Origin: an uncultured Alphaproteobacteria bacterium
GTDB taxonomy: Bacteria > Pseudomonadota > Alphaproteobacteria > HIMB59 > GCA-002718135
Assembly (NCBI GenBank): GCA_902627245.1
Contig: CACOIH010000002.1
Span: forward strand, 11,630-75,629
DNA length: 64,000 nt
Direction of reading: 5' to 3'
In this document: positions 1-10,670 of the stretch, piece after piece
Layout of the letters: each line of letters begins with the position of its first letter
How positions within the stretch are numbered: the stretch's first letter is position 1
The notes under the pieces: generated by a model
The model's input: the letters and a program-made list of their open reading frames with translations, nothing else
Database searches by the model: none
What the model was told of the DNA's origin: nothing
Program-made: the position numbers and the translations under genes

Positions 1-181
1 GAGGAATATATGCTGGTCCTTCTGACCACAATGTTCCAGAGAAAATCTTCTTTACTTTATTATTTTTAATATAGTTATTGAAAATATCTGTATTTACAAC
101 ATGTTTATTTTCCATATCTTTGAATGAATAACTTGGATTTCTTGGGTCTTGATCTGCTGGTGGTAAATTTCTATTAATCAT
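1..181 (-). CDS. SMP-30/gluconolactonase-like protein, N-terminal fragment (gene runs off the left edge)
   Basis: My own translation of the minus strand from ATG 181..179 gives MINRNLPPADQDPRNPSYSFKDMENKHVVNTDIFNNYIKNNKVKKIFSGTLWSEGPAYIP with no stop. The W-x-EGP motif is typical of the first blade of gluconolactonase/SMP-30 proteins. Its ATG overlaps the upstream stop as TAATG. Confidence 0.4.
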   Translation of the reverse strand, partial: MINRNLPPADQDPRNPSYSFKDMENKHVVNTDIFNNYIKNNKVKKIFSGTLWSEGPAYIP

Positions 182-1125
182 TAGTTTACTTTAACACCCT
201 TTTGTTTTAATTGTTTATCAATTAGTTGTTTTGGGAAATTCTTTGCTCTCATCTTAATATCATTCTCTATTTCTAACAATTTAACTATACTAGTGCTAAA
301 TGACCTCTTTCCCAAGGAAGTTATTCCTTTTTTAAATATTTTACTAATTATATGACCTAATTTAATTTTTATATTTTTTTGTTTTACTAAATTATTAAAT
401 AATCTTAAATCTTTATTTACAAGATCCATAGTGAATCCAACATTATAACTGCCACTAAGAATTACTTTTGTTTCGGTTTCATTAACAAAACTATTTCCAG
501 AACTAATTTTTATAGCGTTATAAGTTAAACCTAAATCAATATTATTCTTTTTTGCTACGGCTAAAGCATCTCCAATACCTATTAAATGGAGGGAAGCTAA
601 ATAATTTGTTATTATTTTTAATATTGATGCATTACCTATTTCTCCACAAAATAATATTTTGTTACCTAATTTTGATAATATTGGGAAAGCTCTATTAAAA
701 TCATTTTTATTTCCTGCAGTTAAAATAGATATATTGCCTGATTTAGCTCTATGTTCCCCGCCAGTTATTGGTGCTTCTATTACTTTACCACCATTTTTAA
801 TAAAAGATTTACTAAGTGTAATCATTTCATTTCTATCTGTGGTACTCATTTCAATCCATAAATGAGATTTATTAATATATGGAATTAAAGATTCAATAAC
901 ATCTTTAATTGCATTTGGAGAAGGAAGGCACGTTATAATAATATTAGATTTAGTAACCAATTCTTTTAAATTTGAACAAATAAAAACATTTTTATTTTTA
1001 AAACTCGAATATACTTTTTTATTTTTGTCATATATTAATATTTTTTTTTTCGAATTTATTAAATTACTTGCTAATTTCTTACCAACATTGCCTAGTCCAA
1101 TAAATCCAATTCTTTCATTTTTCAT
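181..1125 (-). CDS. NAD(P)-dependent beta-hydroxyacid dehydrogenase (3-hydroxyisobutyrate / 6-phosphogluconate dehydrogenase-like family)
   Basis: 314-aa ORF with an N-terminal Rossmann motif IGFIGLGNVGKKLASNL. Overall layout matches the MmsB/GarR family. Confidence 0.8.
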   Translation of the reverse strand: MKNERIGFIGLGNVGKKLASNLINSKKKILIYDKNKKVYSSFKNKNVFICSNLKELVTKSNIIITCLPSPNAIKDVIESLIPYINKSHLWIEMSTTDRNEMITLSKSFIKNGGKVIEAPITGGEHRAKSGNISILTAGNKNDFNRAFPILSKLGNKILFCGEIGNASILKIITNYLASLHLIGIGDALAVAKKNNIDLGLTYNAIKISSGNSFVNETETKVILSGSYNVGFTMDLVNKDLRLFNNLVKQKNIKIKLGHIISKIFKKGITSLGKRSFSTSIVKLLEIENDIKMRAKNFPKQLIDKQLKQKGVKVN

Positions 1126-1874
1126 AAGTGAATTTCCATTCCATCAAACCCAGGTCTTACATCTGGTGGACACTTGTCATTTAATTGTTTCTCATCTAAT
1201 AAAGCTGTCATGTGTGTAAAAATGGTTTGTTTGGGTTTAATATAATTAATGTATTCCATAATTTTATCAAAACCTGCATGGGAAGGATGGTCATCCTCTC
1301 TCAATAAGCCAACAATCCAGAGATCAAGGTTTTTTAATTTGTCTATATCAGATTCATAAAATTTTTTTATATCCGTAGAATATGCAAAATTTTCTATTTT
1401 ATATGTTTGAACATCAATAGAACCATGATTGTGTTTGAAAGTCTCAATATTAACATTATCAATTTTATGAATCTTTTTAAGTTGTTTTATTTCCATGAAT
1501 GGTAAATAGTCTTTTTCACCTTTAAAAATATATTTATAATTATTCTCCATTTCAGAAATCATTTCCAAAGGCATATATGCTGGTATAATTTTTTTATTTA
1601 TTAATGACATGGCTCGCATGTCGGGTAGTCCTGCAGTATGATCTGAATGAACATGAGTATAAAAAACTGCATCAATATTTGTACATTTAGCTAAATAAAG
1701 TTGATGCCTTAGGTCTGGACTTGTATCAATTAGGATATTTTTATTATCGATATTTATTAGGACAGAAGATCTAGTTCGAAAATTTTTTTTATTATTAATA
1801 TCAATGTTACCAGTTTTTTGCCAAGCAAGTGGAGATCCAAATGAACCTCCACATCCTAAAATTGTTATTTTCAT
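1122..1874 (-). CDS. MBL-fold metallo-hydrolase
   Basis: 250-aa ORF with the HxHxDH motif (THVHSDHTAG). It overlaps both neighbours by 4 nt. Confidence 0.8.
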   Translation of the reverse strand: MKITILGCGGSFGSPLAWQKTGNIDINNKKNFRTRSSVLINIDNKNILIDTSPDLRHQLYLAKCTNIDAVFYTHVHSDHTAGLPDMRAMSLINKKIIPAYMPLEMISEMENNYKYIFKGEKDYLPFMEIKQLKKIHKIDNVNIETFKHNHGSIDVQTYKIENFAYSTDIKKFYESDIDKLKNLDLWIVGLLREDDHPSHAGFDKIMEYINYIKPKQTIFTHMTALLDEKQLNDKCPPDVRPGFDGMEIHL

Positions 1875-2656
1875 TTTAAAAGATTATCTCTTTTTGTTTT
1901 ATTAAACAATTTAAAAAAATTATTATCAGTAATTTTTATAAATTCACTTAATTCTATATTATAGAAATTTGATAAATATTCTGCTGTATATTTTATGAAT
2001 GATGGCTCATTAATTTTGCCTCTCATTGGAACAGGCGATAAATAAGGACTGTCAGTTTCAATTAGAACTAAATCTAAAGGATAGTTTTTAATAATACCTC
2101 TCAAATTATCTGCATTTTTAAAAGTTATAATACCAGAAAGAGATATATAAAATTTATTATCAAAACAAAATTCTAGTAATCTGCTTGAGCCAGAAAAACA
2201 ATGAAAAACAACTTTTAAGTTAATATCTGAGTAATCTTTTAGAATGTTAATTAATTCTAACTCAGAATTTCTTTGATGGATTATAAGTGGTAGATTAAAT
2301 TTAATTGAAGCCTCTATATGCAGTTTGAATGATTTTATTTGTTCATTTAATAAATTTTTATTGTGATACAAATCAATACCAGTTTCTCCTATGCCAACGA
2401 CCGTAGGTAGATCACAGTATTTTTCAAATTCAAGTATAGATAATTGGTCATATGAATGAACTTCACATGGATGTAATCCATAAGAAATATATATACCTTG
2501 AAATTTTTTTATAAGTTTAAGATGGTCTTCAAAATTAGTTGGATTAGTATTTATAGATAATATTGATGTAATATCATTTTTTTTTGAATTATATATAATT
2601 TGTTCGATGTTATTTGCTAAATTATCAAAGTTTAAATGACAATGTGAATCGATCAT
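1871..2656 (-). CDS. tatD: TatD-family metal-dependent hydrolase/DNase
   Basis: 261 aa, starting with the TatD signature MIDSHCHLNF. It lies directly downstream of metG, a common arrangement. Confidence 0.85.
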   Translation of the reverse strand: MIDSHCHLNFDNLANNIEQIIYNSKKNDITSILSINTNPTNFEDHLKLIKKFQGIYISYGLHPCEVHSYDQLSILEFEKYCDLPTVVGIGETGIDLYHNKNLLNEQIKSFKLHIEASIKFNLPLIIHQRNSELELINILKDYSDINLKVVFHCFSGSSRLLEFCFDNKFYISLSGIITFKNADNLRGIIKNYPLDLVLIETDSPYLSPVPMRGKINEPSFIKYTAEYLSNFYNIELSEFIKITDNNFFKLFNKTKRDNLLK

Positions 2657-4170
2657 TGATCGATTCTTGGAAAAATTGGTGATGGTGGATTTATTCTTAA
2701 ATCTTTATCAATTAATTCATTAAAATTATCAAAATCTAATTCGTTTATATCTATATTAATAAAAGATAAAACTTTTTCAGCACTACCAGGAATGATTGGA
2801 AATAACATCAAAGATGATTTCACAATAATATTTATTATTATGTATAAAACTGTATGCATTCTACTTATATTTGTTTTTTTCAAGGTCCAAGGTGCCTGAT
2901 TATCAACATAAGAATTAGTTAATGATAAAAGCTCAATTACAGATTTAATTCCTTTATCAATTTGTTGATTATTCATAAAATCTAAATATTCTTTGTGTTT
3001 TTTGTTTAAGTGTTCTAGTATTTTCAAATCTTCGTTATTAAATTTATTTGATGGTGAAACATGTGAGTCACAATTTTTAACAATAAAAGTTAGTATTCTT
3101 TGAACTAAATTACCATAATTATTAGATAAATCTGCATTAACACGTATTGAAATTGCACTTTTAGAAAAATCACCGTCATTACCAAAAGGAACTTCTCTAA
3201 ATAAAAAATACCTTATTTGATCTAAACCATATTCATTAATAATTTCATATGGATCAATTGCATTACCTAAAGATTTAGAAATTTTTTGTCCTTCATTAGT
3301 CCACCATCCATGAGCAAATATTTTTTTTGGAGGTTCTAAATCTGCAGCCATTAGAAAAGCTGGCCAATAGACAGCATGAAATCTTAAAATATCTTTTCCA
3401 ACGATATGAACCGCTGGCCAATACTTTCTGAATATAGGACTTTTTATATCTGGATAATTAATCGATGTAAGGTAATTACATAGTGCATCAATCCAAACAT
3501 ACATAACATGCTTATTATTATTTGGAACAGGAATTCCCCATTTAAAAGTTGTTCTAGATATAGATAAATCTTTTAAACCACTTTTGATAAAACTTAAAAC
3601 TTCATTTAATCTTGTTTTTGGAGCAATTTTATCAGTATTATTTTCATAATATGAAACTAATTTTTTTTCCCAATTTGATAATCTAAAAAAATAACTTTCT
3701 TCTTTAACCCATTCTACGGGTGAGCCATTTTCAGTAAAGAAAGACCCATTTATTTTTTTTAGTTCATTCTCTTGAAAAAAAGCCTCATCTCTTACTGAGT
3801 ACCAGCCTTCATAATTTGAAAGATAAATTTGATTATTTTCAATTAGTTTATTCCAAAGAGCTTGTGCTGATTTTATATGTCTTTTTTCTGTGGTTCTTAT
3901 AAAATCATCTATTTCACATCCTAAATGATTTACTAATTTTTCAAAATTAACCGATAACATATCAACAAATTTTTTTGGATCTATATTCGCTTCTTTTGCA
4001 GCTTTTTCAACTTTTTGACCGTGTTCATCCGTTCCGGTGAGAAAATATACATCATTTTTGAGAAGTTTATTAAAACGTGAGAGAATATCACAGGCTATCG
4101 TGGTGTAAGCATGGCCAATATGCGGAATATCGTTTGTATAATAGATGGGTGTTGTAATAAAGAATTTCAT
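2653..4170 (-). CDS. metG: Methionine--tRNA ligase (short form)
   Basis: 505 aa. Carries the class-I HIGH motif (PHIGHAYT) and a KMSKS-type loop (KISKSLGN), with a MetRS-like body. Confidence 0.95.
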   Translation of the reverse strand: MKFFITTPIYYTNDIPHIGHAYTTIACDILSRFNKLLKNDVYFLTGTDEHGQKVEKAAKEANIDPKKFVDMLSVNFEKLVNHLGCEIDDFIRTTEKRHIKSAQALWNKLIENNQIYLSNYEGWYSVRDEAFFQENELKKINGSFFTENGSPVEWVKEESYFFRLSNWEKKLVSYYENNTDKIAPKTRLNEVLSFIKSGLKDLSISRTTFKWGIPVPNNNKHVMYVWIDALCNYLTSINYPDIKSPIFRKYWPAVHIVGKDILRFHAVYWPAFLMAADLEPPKKIFAHGWWTNEGQKISKSLGNAIDPYEIINEYGLDQIRYFLFREVPFGNDGDFSKSAISIRVNADLSNNYGNLVQRILTFIVKNCDSHVSPSNKFNNEDLKILEHLNKKHKEYLDFMNNQQIDKGIKSVIELLSLTNSYVDNQAPWTLKKTNISRMHTVLYIIINIIVKSSLMLFPIIPGSAEKVLSFINIDINELDFDNFNELIDKDLRINPPSPIFPRIDQ

Positions 4171-4171
4171 A

Positions 4172-5155
4172 CTAATTAATAAAAAATTTTAACATAAATA
4201 TTTTTTTATCAAGATTGTAAGTGAATAAATCATTTTCATTGTTAGTTAAATAATTAAATTTATCAATAATATTTTTTCTTGATAACGTACTTGATAGTCT
4301 CTTTAATAATTTAAAATTATTTGATAAATAATTATTTGAATCAAAATCATTAATTTTTAACTTACTAATTGTAATTAATATTGTTTTGAGAATAGATAAA
4401 TATGACTTAAACTTATCATTATCATATTTTGATAAATGTTGTGATAGCTCAATATAATTATTATTAATTTTATTTGAAGATAAATTATTTATTGTAATAT
4501 CCAAATATTCTATAATATTATCATTATGTAATGATATAGCATTCCCAGGAGATCCATACGTTACATCATAATAAAATTTAATTTCATCTAATTTAATATC
4601 TTGAATATTTAATTCTAATATTTTTTTAAAATCATCAAAATTAAGTCTGTTAAATTTTATTTTCATACATCGAGACCTTATAGTAGGTATTAAGTTTGAC
4701 AATTGATGTGACACTAAAAAAATAAATGTATTAGCTTTAGGTTCTTCAAGAGTCTTTAAAAGACTATTTGAAGAATTAATATTTAAATCATCTGCACTAT
4801 CTATTATAATAAATTTATCAAAATCTTTTATTGAAGAACTTTCATTTACAAATTTATTTAAAGATCGAATTTGATCAATAGTAATATTTGATTTTAATTT
4901 TTTTGTTTTTTGATCAATTAATTTTTCAATAATTTTAATATTTGGATGTGTATTATTGTTAAGAAGATTAATGTGATGATTATAATTTTTATTTTCAAAT
5001 TTAATTTTAATTATACTAGTAATAATATCAATTATAAAATTTTTTTTTCCAATCCCTTTAGATCCGTAAAATATAATTGAAGAATGTAAATTTTTTGAAA
5101 TATATTTATTTAAAATAAAATTTTTTTGATCTTCATGACCTATCATTTTAAACAT
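4172..5155 (-). CDS. holB: DNA polymerase III subunit delta'
   Basis: 327 aa with an AAA+ clamp-loader layout: GSKGIGKK P-loop-like segment and SRC motif (TIRSRCMKI). Located between tmk and metG. Confidence 0.8.
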   Translation of the reverse strand: MFKMIGHEDQKNFILNKYISKNLHSSIIFYGSKGIGKKNFIIDIITSIIKIKFENKNYNHHINLLNNNTHPNIKIIEKLIDQKTKKLKSNITIDQIRSLNKFVNESSSIKDFDKFIIIDSADDLNINSSNSLLKTLEEPKANTFIFLVSHQLSNLIPTIRSRCMKIKFNRLNFDDFKKILELNIQDIKLDEIKFYYDVTYGSPGNAISLHNDNIIEYLDITINNLSSNKINNNYIELSQHLSKYDNDKFKSYLSILKTILITISKLKINDFDSNNYLSNNFKLLKRLSSTLSRKNIIDKFNYLTNNENDLFTYNLDKKIFMLKFFIN

Positions 5156-5157
5156 AT

Positions 5158-5769
5158 TTATAATTTTAAGAACTCAAGAATGTTATTATGTATCATTGTT
5201 TTACTTAAAGATGCATCAATATTTATATACCTTTTTGATATTGATATTTTTTTATAGCCAGCAATAACGGATCTATGAAAATCTAAACTTGTTTTGTCAT
5301 ATTTATTTTTAATTTTTCTTTTTCTTAATCTTCTAATGATCTCATTAATACTTAAATTAAATACAAATGTATAATCAGGATAAAAATTATCTAAAATATC
5401 AGCATGTAATTTTTTAGCTTTATTTATACCAAATTTATTAACAAAACCTTGGTAGACAAATGTAGAATCAGCATAACGATCTGAAATAACTATTTTGCCT
5501 TTTTTTAAATTTGGTAAAATTATATTGTTGATATGATTTGATCTTGCTGCCATCAATAATAAAATTTCTTCAAGGTTATTTATATTTGAGTTTTCACTTA
5601 AAATTAATTTTCTTAAATTTTCAGCAAATTTTGTTCCGCCAGGCTCCCTAGTTAAAATAAATTTTTTTTTATTCTTAATTAAAAATTTTTTTAAAAGTAA
5701 TATTTGAGATGATTTACCGCTAGCTTCAGGACCTTCGAAGGTTATAAATAAACCTTTTTTATTATTCAT
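5158..5769 (-). CDS. tmk: Thymidylate kinase
   Basis: 203 aa with P-loop FEGPEASGKSS and the TREPGGT motif. Confidence 0.9.
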   Translation of the reverse strand: MNNKKGLFITFEGPEASGKSSQILLLKKFLIKNKKKFILTREPGGTKFAENLRKLILSENSNINNLEEILLLMAARSNHINNIILPNLKKGKIVISDRYADSTFVYQGFVNKFGINKAKKLHADILDNFYPDYTFVFNLSINEIIRRLRKRKIKNKYDKTSLDFHRSVIAGYKKISISKRYINIDASLSKTMIHNNILEFLKL

Positions 5770-6895
5770 CTAGACTAGTACCAAATAATAGGTATTTTGC
5801 GGCAGCAATGATTTCAAAAAAAGGGTTAACTTTTGGAACATTTTTTTGAGCAACAAGTGGAATAATAATGTCATTTTTACCATCAATTTTAATAATTAGT
5901 TCACCATATTCTTTTCCTTTTGTAATTGGTGCTGGAATTGGTTTTTTATATTTAATTACAGTTTCCATTAATTGAATTTGATCAAATGATAAAGTTGAAA
6001 TAATATCTTCAGAACTAATTAAATTTACTTTAGATTCTTTTCCTAACCAAATATCTACATCTATAATCTTTTGATTTTTTTTGACTAATTTTTTTTGTGA
6101 AGTTTGATTAAAAGCCCAATTTATTAGATTAGATGATTCATTTAATCTTGAACGTGAGCTATTAGTTCCACTAATAACTACTGTAATTCTTCTTTCATTT
6201 CTTTTAGCAGTAGCAGCTATGCCCCAACCTGATTTTTTAGTAAAACCTGTTTTGAGACCATCAGCTCCCTCAACTTGTTTTAGTAACTTGTTTCTATTAG
6301 GTTGCTTAATATCATTATATGAAAATTCTTCCATTGAAAAGTATGTATAAAGATTTGGGAAGTCCTTAATTATGGCATTAGATAAAATAGCCAAATCATA
6401 AACTGTTGAATAATGATTTTCTTCTGGCCAACCTGAAGAATTAACAAAATTAGAATTGCTCATACCAAGACGCTTTGCATAAACATTCATTAATTTAGCA
6501 AAATCGTTTTCAGTACCACCTAAACATTCTGAAAGTGCAATTGATGCATCATTTCCTGATTGAACAATTATACCTTTTAAAAGATCATCAACTGATACTG
6601 TATCATCTATTTCAAGGAAAGTTCTTGATCCACCCTTTTTATAAGCTTTTGCTGAAACACGGCATTCATTTTTTATAGAAAAATCTGTATTTTTTATTCG
6701 ATCGAAAGCAACATACACAGTCATGATTTTTGTCATTGATGCTGGTATAACTCTAATGTTTGAATTTTTTTCAAAGAGAACTTCATTGGTATCATAATCA
6801 ATAACAATTGCATGTTCAGCCTTTGTATCAATAGCTTGAAGCTTGGAAGTTACAAGAAAAATTGTAAAAAATAAAAAAAATTTTGACATAAACAT
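5762..6895 (-). CDS. D-alanyl-D-alanine carboxypeptidase (low-MW PBP5/6 class)
   Basis: Signal peptide plus the SxxK (SMTK), SxN (QSGND) and KTG (LKTGFT) motifs. Confidence 0.85.
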   Translation of the reverse strand: MFMSKFFLFFTIFLVTSKLQAIDTKAEHAIVIDYDTNEVLFEKNSNIRVIPASMTKIMTVYVAFDRIKNTDFSIKNECRVSAKAYKKGGSRTFLEIDDTVSVDDLLKGIIVQSGNDASIALSECLGGTENDFAKLMNVYAKRLGMSNSNFVNSSGWPEENHYSTVYDLAILSNAIIKDFPNLYTYFSMEEFSYNDIKQPNRNKLLKQVEGADGLKTGFTKKSGWGIAATAKRNERRITVVISGTNSSRSRLNESSNLINWAFNQTSQKKLVKKNQKIIDVDIWLGKESKVNLISSEDIISTLSFDQIQLMETVIKYKKPIPAPITKGKEYGELIIKIDGKNDIIIPLVAQKNVPKVNPFFEIIAAAKYLLFGTSLDE

Positions 6896-6924
6896 TAATA
6901 GTTCTTAATTATGACCTTTATTTG

Positions 6925-7863
6925 TTATTCAATAAATATTTCAGTTTCCTTATAACCTTTTGTAATAAAGTATGAAACTAAATTATTTGCTTCAGTATTT
7001 TCAATGGGACCAATAACTAAGTCAAATTTTGAATTATTTTTTTCAGAAGTATATTTTAAATTTTTATCATATTCATTAATTAATATTTGAATTTTTTCAT
7101 AATTTTCTATTCCAGATATTTTTAAGAATAATTTGAAATCTGATATTTTTTCAGATTTTAGTTCAATTGGTTCTTGCTTTATTTTATTAGTATTTTCTTC
7201 AGTTGTAATATCGTCGTCAATCTCAACAATTGATACTATATCTGTAGGAGCAGATGAAACAGTTTTTTCAAAATCTTCATCATTCATTGAATTTATAACA
7301 CTCTTCCATTGTTTACTTGCATCAGATAATATTTCGACTTTAACAGTAGCAATTTTAGATTTATAAAAGCCAAGAAGTTGCGCAACTTTTCTTGAAACTT
7401 GAATAATAGTTGCGTTTTCATAATGTCTATCAATAATTTTAACATTAATTGACAATCCATTATCCATATTAGTAATTTTCACCATACTTGGAAGTGGTAA
7501 GGTCTTATGTCTACCAAGTAATTCTGTTACCTTATTAATATCATTGTTTATTGTTTTTACATTATGTAATTCCTTGCCATAATAGGAAGATAAACCAATT
7601 TGAGAATAACTATAATTTTCCTTAGGTGTATAACTTACTCCTTCAATATAATATTGTTCTCCAACATAATAAAAAATATTGTCATTATTATTTAAATTAT
7701 CGTCATTATTGATAGTAATAGATTTTTTTTCTTCTTTATTTTCAATAACTTTTTCAATTTTTGATGCGCCTGTTTCTACCACTGTTGTAACTTTTTGAAT
7801 ATTTAATTCATTACAAGAATATAAAAATAAAAAAAAAGTAAAACTAGTTAGAAATTTTATCAC
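6925..7863 (-). CDS. rlpA: RlpA-family septal lytic transglycosylase lipoprotein with C-terminal SPOR-like domain
   Basis: Lipobox LYSC. DPBB-like core (HKTLPLPSMVKITNMDNGLSINVKIIDR) and a SPOR-like C-terminus. Confidence 0.75.
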   Translation of the reverse strand: MIKFLTSFTFFLFLYSCNELNIQKVTTVVETGASKIEKVIENKEEKKSITINNDDNLNNNDNIFYYVGEQYYIEGVSYTPKENYSYSQIGLSSYYGKELHNVKTINNDINKVTELLGRHKTLPLPSMVKITNMDNGLSINVKIIDRHYENATIIQVSRKVAQLLGFYKSKIATVKVEILSDASKQWKSVINSMNDEDFEKTVSSAPTDIVSIVEIDDDITTEENTNKIKQEPIELKSEKISDFKLFLKISGIENYEKIQILINEYDKNLKYTSEKNNSKFDLVIGPIENTEANNLVSYFITKGYKETEIFIE

Positions 7864-8896
7864 TGAGAAGTCCTACTGAAACAGCATAATATGATGAGCA
7901 ATTATAATAAAGAATATTTTTGTAATTTGGATAAACAATAAACATTCTTCCATCTATCCCATCTGGCATTATTAATCTAGCTTCTAGATCATTTCTAGCT
8001 GGTAAAGGATCCCCATTAATTTTAGTAAATCCTAATTTAGACCATTCTGATAAAGATTTAGGGATTGATCTTCTTTTAACAGCGCCACAACCTCTTGGAT
8101 TGATTTGTTTTATTGAATTGATAAATGATGAAGATATATTTTCAGGAGGAAGAACTTCCCTACCCCAAGTGCTATCTATAGACCATGGATTTTTGTCCAA
8201 TGAAGTTAAATAGTTTGCAGCACTTGCAAAGGCATCAGCATAACTATTCCATATATCAATGCCATTGCCATCCCAATCATATGCTGTTTCTATAAAAGTT
8301 GTAGGTATCATTTGTGTCATACCTACAGCTCCCCCCCAACTACCTTTTAATTCTCCACTTGGCACTAAATTATTATCTAAAATTTTAAGTGCCGCAAAAA
8401 GTTGCTTTTTATAGAAGTCGCTTCTCCTTCTATCAAAAGCAAGAGTCGTAATTGCAATGATTGAATTTATTTTACCCTGATTTCTTCCATAATAACTCTC
8501 CATACCCAACACAGCAACAATAAATCTAGGTTGTATTTTAAAATAATCACTTATTTCGTTTAGTAAATCTTCATGTTTTTTTAAGAATTTTTTTCCAACA
8601 AATATTTTATCTTTTGTAATAGTATAAAATAAATATTCGTCTAATGTCATTGTAGATGCTGGCTGACATCTATCTCGCATAATAATCTTACTTTGTGGTT
8701 GAACATTATTGAGATGAGTTGAGATAGTATTTTGACTTATACCTATTTCTAAGGCTTCTTTTTTTATATTTGATAGCCAACTATTCCATTCATCATCAGT
8801 TGGCATTTTGGGTTTTTCACAATCTGTTGCAAAAGCATTTAGAGATATAAATATAAAGCAAAGGAGAAACCTAATAATCATTATATAAAATACCAA
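7844..8896 (-). CDS. Lytic murein transglycosylase (MltB-like)
   Basis: Signal peptide, catalytic-Glu segment LGMESYYG, and GAVGMTQMIPTTF. Confidence 0.8.
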   Translation of the reverse strand: MVFYIMIIRFLLCFIFISLNAFATDCEKPKMPTDDEWNSWLSNIKKEALEIGISQNTISTHLNNVQPQSKIIMRDRCQPASTMTLDEYLFYTITKDKIFVGKKFLKKHEDLLNEISDYFKIQPRFIVAVLGMESYYGRNQGKINSIIAITTLAFDRRRSDFYKKQLFAALKILDNNLVPSGELKGSWGGAVGMTQMIPTTFIETAYDWDGNGIDIWNSYADAFASAANYLTSLDKNPWSIDSTWGREVLPPENISSSFINSIKQINPRGCGAVKRRSIPKSLSEWSKLGFTKINGDPLPARNDLEARLIMPDGIDGRMFIVYPNYKNILYYNCSSYYAVSVGLLSDKISN

Positions 8897-8934
8897 AACT
8901 ATCGTTAATTAGGAAATGATATATACTTAATATT

Positions 8935-8961
8935 TTGACATTTTTAAGATGAAACTATAGT
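8935..8961 (+). promoter_or_regulatory. Candidate sigma-70-type promoter in front of the orphan tRNA-Ser 5' fragment
   Basis: Perfect TTGACA at 8935-8940 and TATAGT at 8956-8961 (5/6 match), but the spacer is only 15 nt. The fragment starts 13 nt after the -10. AT-rich DNA gives many false promoter matches. Confidence 0.3.
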
Positions 8962-8971
8962 AAGCCATTAA

Positions 8972-9016
8972 ACGGAGAGATGGCTGAGCGGTTGAAAGCA
9001 CTGGTCTTGAAAACCG
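8972..9016 (+). repeat. Orphan 5' part of tRNA-Ser(UGA): att-like direct repeat of 11365-11409
   Basis: 45 nt identical to the intact gene plus its 2 leading bases, apart from one C>T at 9002 in the anticodon stem. Homology stops one base before the anticodon stem would close. Confidence 0.9.
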
Positions 9017-9088
9017 TTTATAAGCTAAGTATTCTAACAAAAAAAATACCTTAGAGCGAGTGTAGAGTGAAAATTTAGATAAAGTTGG

Positions 9089-9862
9089 TTACCCTACTCT
9101 ATAATGAACATCTTCCATGATCTCACCTTTTGGTTTTCTAATCTTAGATTTATTATTTCTTAACTCAAGAATACAATTATCAATTATACTTTTAGAGTTA
9201 TTCAAGAACCATGTATTTCTTGCAACAGGTATTAATCTAGAATTTTCAGGAAAAAAGAATGTTCGAATATCATATCCCCCTTCCAAAATTGTTTTATAAA
9301 ACTTACCTCTAGATTTAGTAAAATCGTGGTAACTCAGTAAATCAAAAGTAATTTCCTTACTATCTTTTGGACGAAGAAGATTAGTAATAAGCTGGTTATT
9401 TTTAATAACCTCAAAACCATATAATTTTTGTTCAAAATGCTCAAAAACCTCTTCTTCCCGGTTGTTTAACGATAATATTAAACTTTTTAAGATAACATGA
9501 TGTTGAAATTCATTTTTGTAAATAGATGTAAAAAACTCATATTTAAGATGATGACCAGAAGGTTCAGCAATAATTAATTGAGCTCCACAAATACTAATAT
9601 CATCATCATCGTCAAAGTCCACTAAAGGAGTAAAAACATAGTATCTTTCAGTCCACTCCTCCAAAGTAGTTACTTCTTCAAATTCTTTTTTAATATTAAG
9701 CTGGTTAATAAGTTGTTCTTTTGGTGATAAAACCTTGAAAGTATTCCGATAAACATCACTTTCATATGGTTCTATAGAAAAAGAAGTTGTGGCACCAAGA
9801 AGGAGTATAATAATGAAAAATAAGGTAATTATGAAAGTTACAATTCTTATTATTAGTGCCAC
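9089..9862 (-). CDS. Hypothetical membrane-anchored protein (islet cargo)
   Basis: 257-aa ORF with one N-terminal TM helix (IVTFIITLFFIIILLLG). I recognise no family. Confidence 0.5.
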   Translation of the reverse strand: MALIIRIVTFIITLFFIIILLLGATTSFSIEPYESDVYRNTFKVLSPKEQLINQLNIKKEFEEVTTLEEWTERYYVFTPLVDFDDDDDISICGAQLIIAEPSGHHLKYEFFTSIYKNEFQHHVILKSLILSLNNREEEVFEHFEQKLYGFEVIKNNQLITNLLRPKDSKEITFDLLSYHDFTKSRGKFYKTILEGGYDIRTFFFPENSRLIPVARNTWFLNNSKSIIDNCILELRNNKSKIRKPKGEIMEDVHYRVG

Positions 9863-9918
9863 ACTTTATTTAATATTATTTAATTTGGTAAATAATTTGT
9901 TAAGAATATGTTTAATTT

Positions 9919-10449
9919 ATGAAAATAATCATTTTTTTAAGTTTAGTAATATTTCTTTCAAAAGCATTAAATGCTGAAGATCTTAATGGGATAAATCTAA
10001 ATTGCTCAACTTATGATTATCCAAATTTAGAATTAAAAACTGAAAATAAAGACAATGATGTTATTTTTCCAAAGTCACTGACTGGACCAAGACCAATATA
10101 CTTTACAATAAATTTTGATCAAAAATATGCATATATAAATATTTTAAATATGAATAACGAACTTGGGGTAAAAGAGTTTTGGGGTAGCTATGATGCTAAA
10201 TTATCAACAGTAATAATATATGGGGGTAAAACTGATACAACTATTATGAAAATTAATAGACAGACTCTAAATATAGATAATACTGATGACGGTATTACAT
10301 TATTTGGTTTATATTTTGATGAAAATGATTTGATAGAAAAAAAGACATGCTCAATAGAAAGAAATAAAAAAAATTCTCAAAATTTAAAATTATTTAAAAG
10401 AATATGGGAATACGAAAAGAAAAAAGTAAAAGCTAAAAACAAATTTTAA
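9919..10449 (+). CDS. Hypothetical secreted protein (islet cargo)
   Basis: 176 aa with a signal-peptide-like N-terminus (MKIIIFLSLVIFLSKALNA). I recognise no family. Confidence 0.55.
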   Translation: MKIIIFLSLVIFLSKALNAEDLNGINLNCSTYDYPNLELKTENKDNDVIFPKSLTGPRPIYFTINFDQKYAYINILNMNNELGVKEFWGSYDAKLSTVIIYGGKTDTTIMKINRQTLNIDNTDDGITLFGLYFDENDLIEKKTCSIERNKKNSQNLKLFKRIWEYEKKKVKAKNKF

Positions 10450-10649
10450 TGTGTGACATTCTAGGTTATATTTTTGTTATTCTTTTTTTTGCAAATTTTT
10501 TCACACCATATTTAGCATTGAAAAAATCAGGACTTGATGTTTTTATGGTTAAAACAAGATTTTATATTGTTTTAATAACTTTAATTGGTGGTTGGTTGTT
10601 AATTTTCTTAGGAGGATCTTTTATAATGGAGACTTATTGTGAATTTTAA
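10449..10649 (+). CDS. Hypothetical small two-TM membrane protein (islet cargo)
   Basis: 66 aa with two hydrophobic helices. Its start is coupled to the upstream stop (TAATG). Confidence 0.45.
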   Translation: MCDILGYIFVILFFANFFTPYLALKKSGLDVFMVKTRFYIVLITLIGGWLLIFLGGSFIMETYCEF

Positions 10650-10670
10650 ATTTTAATATTATTTTTTAAA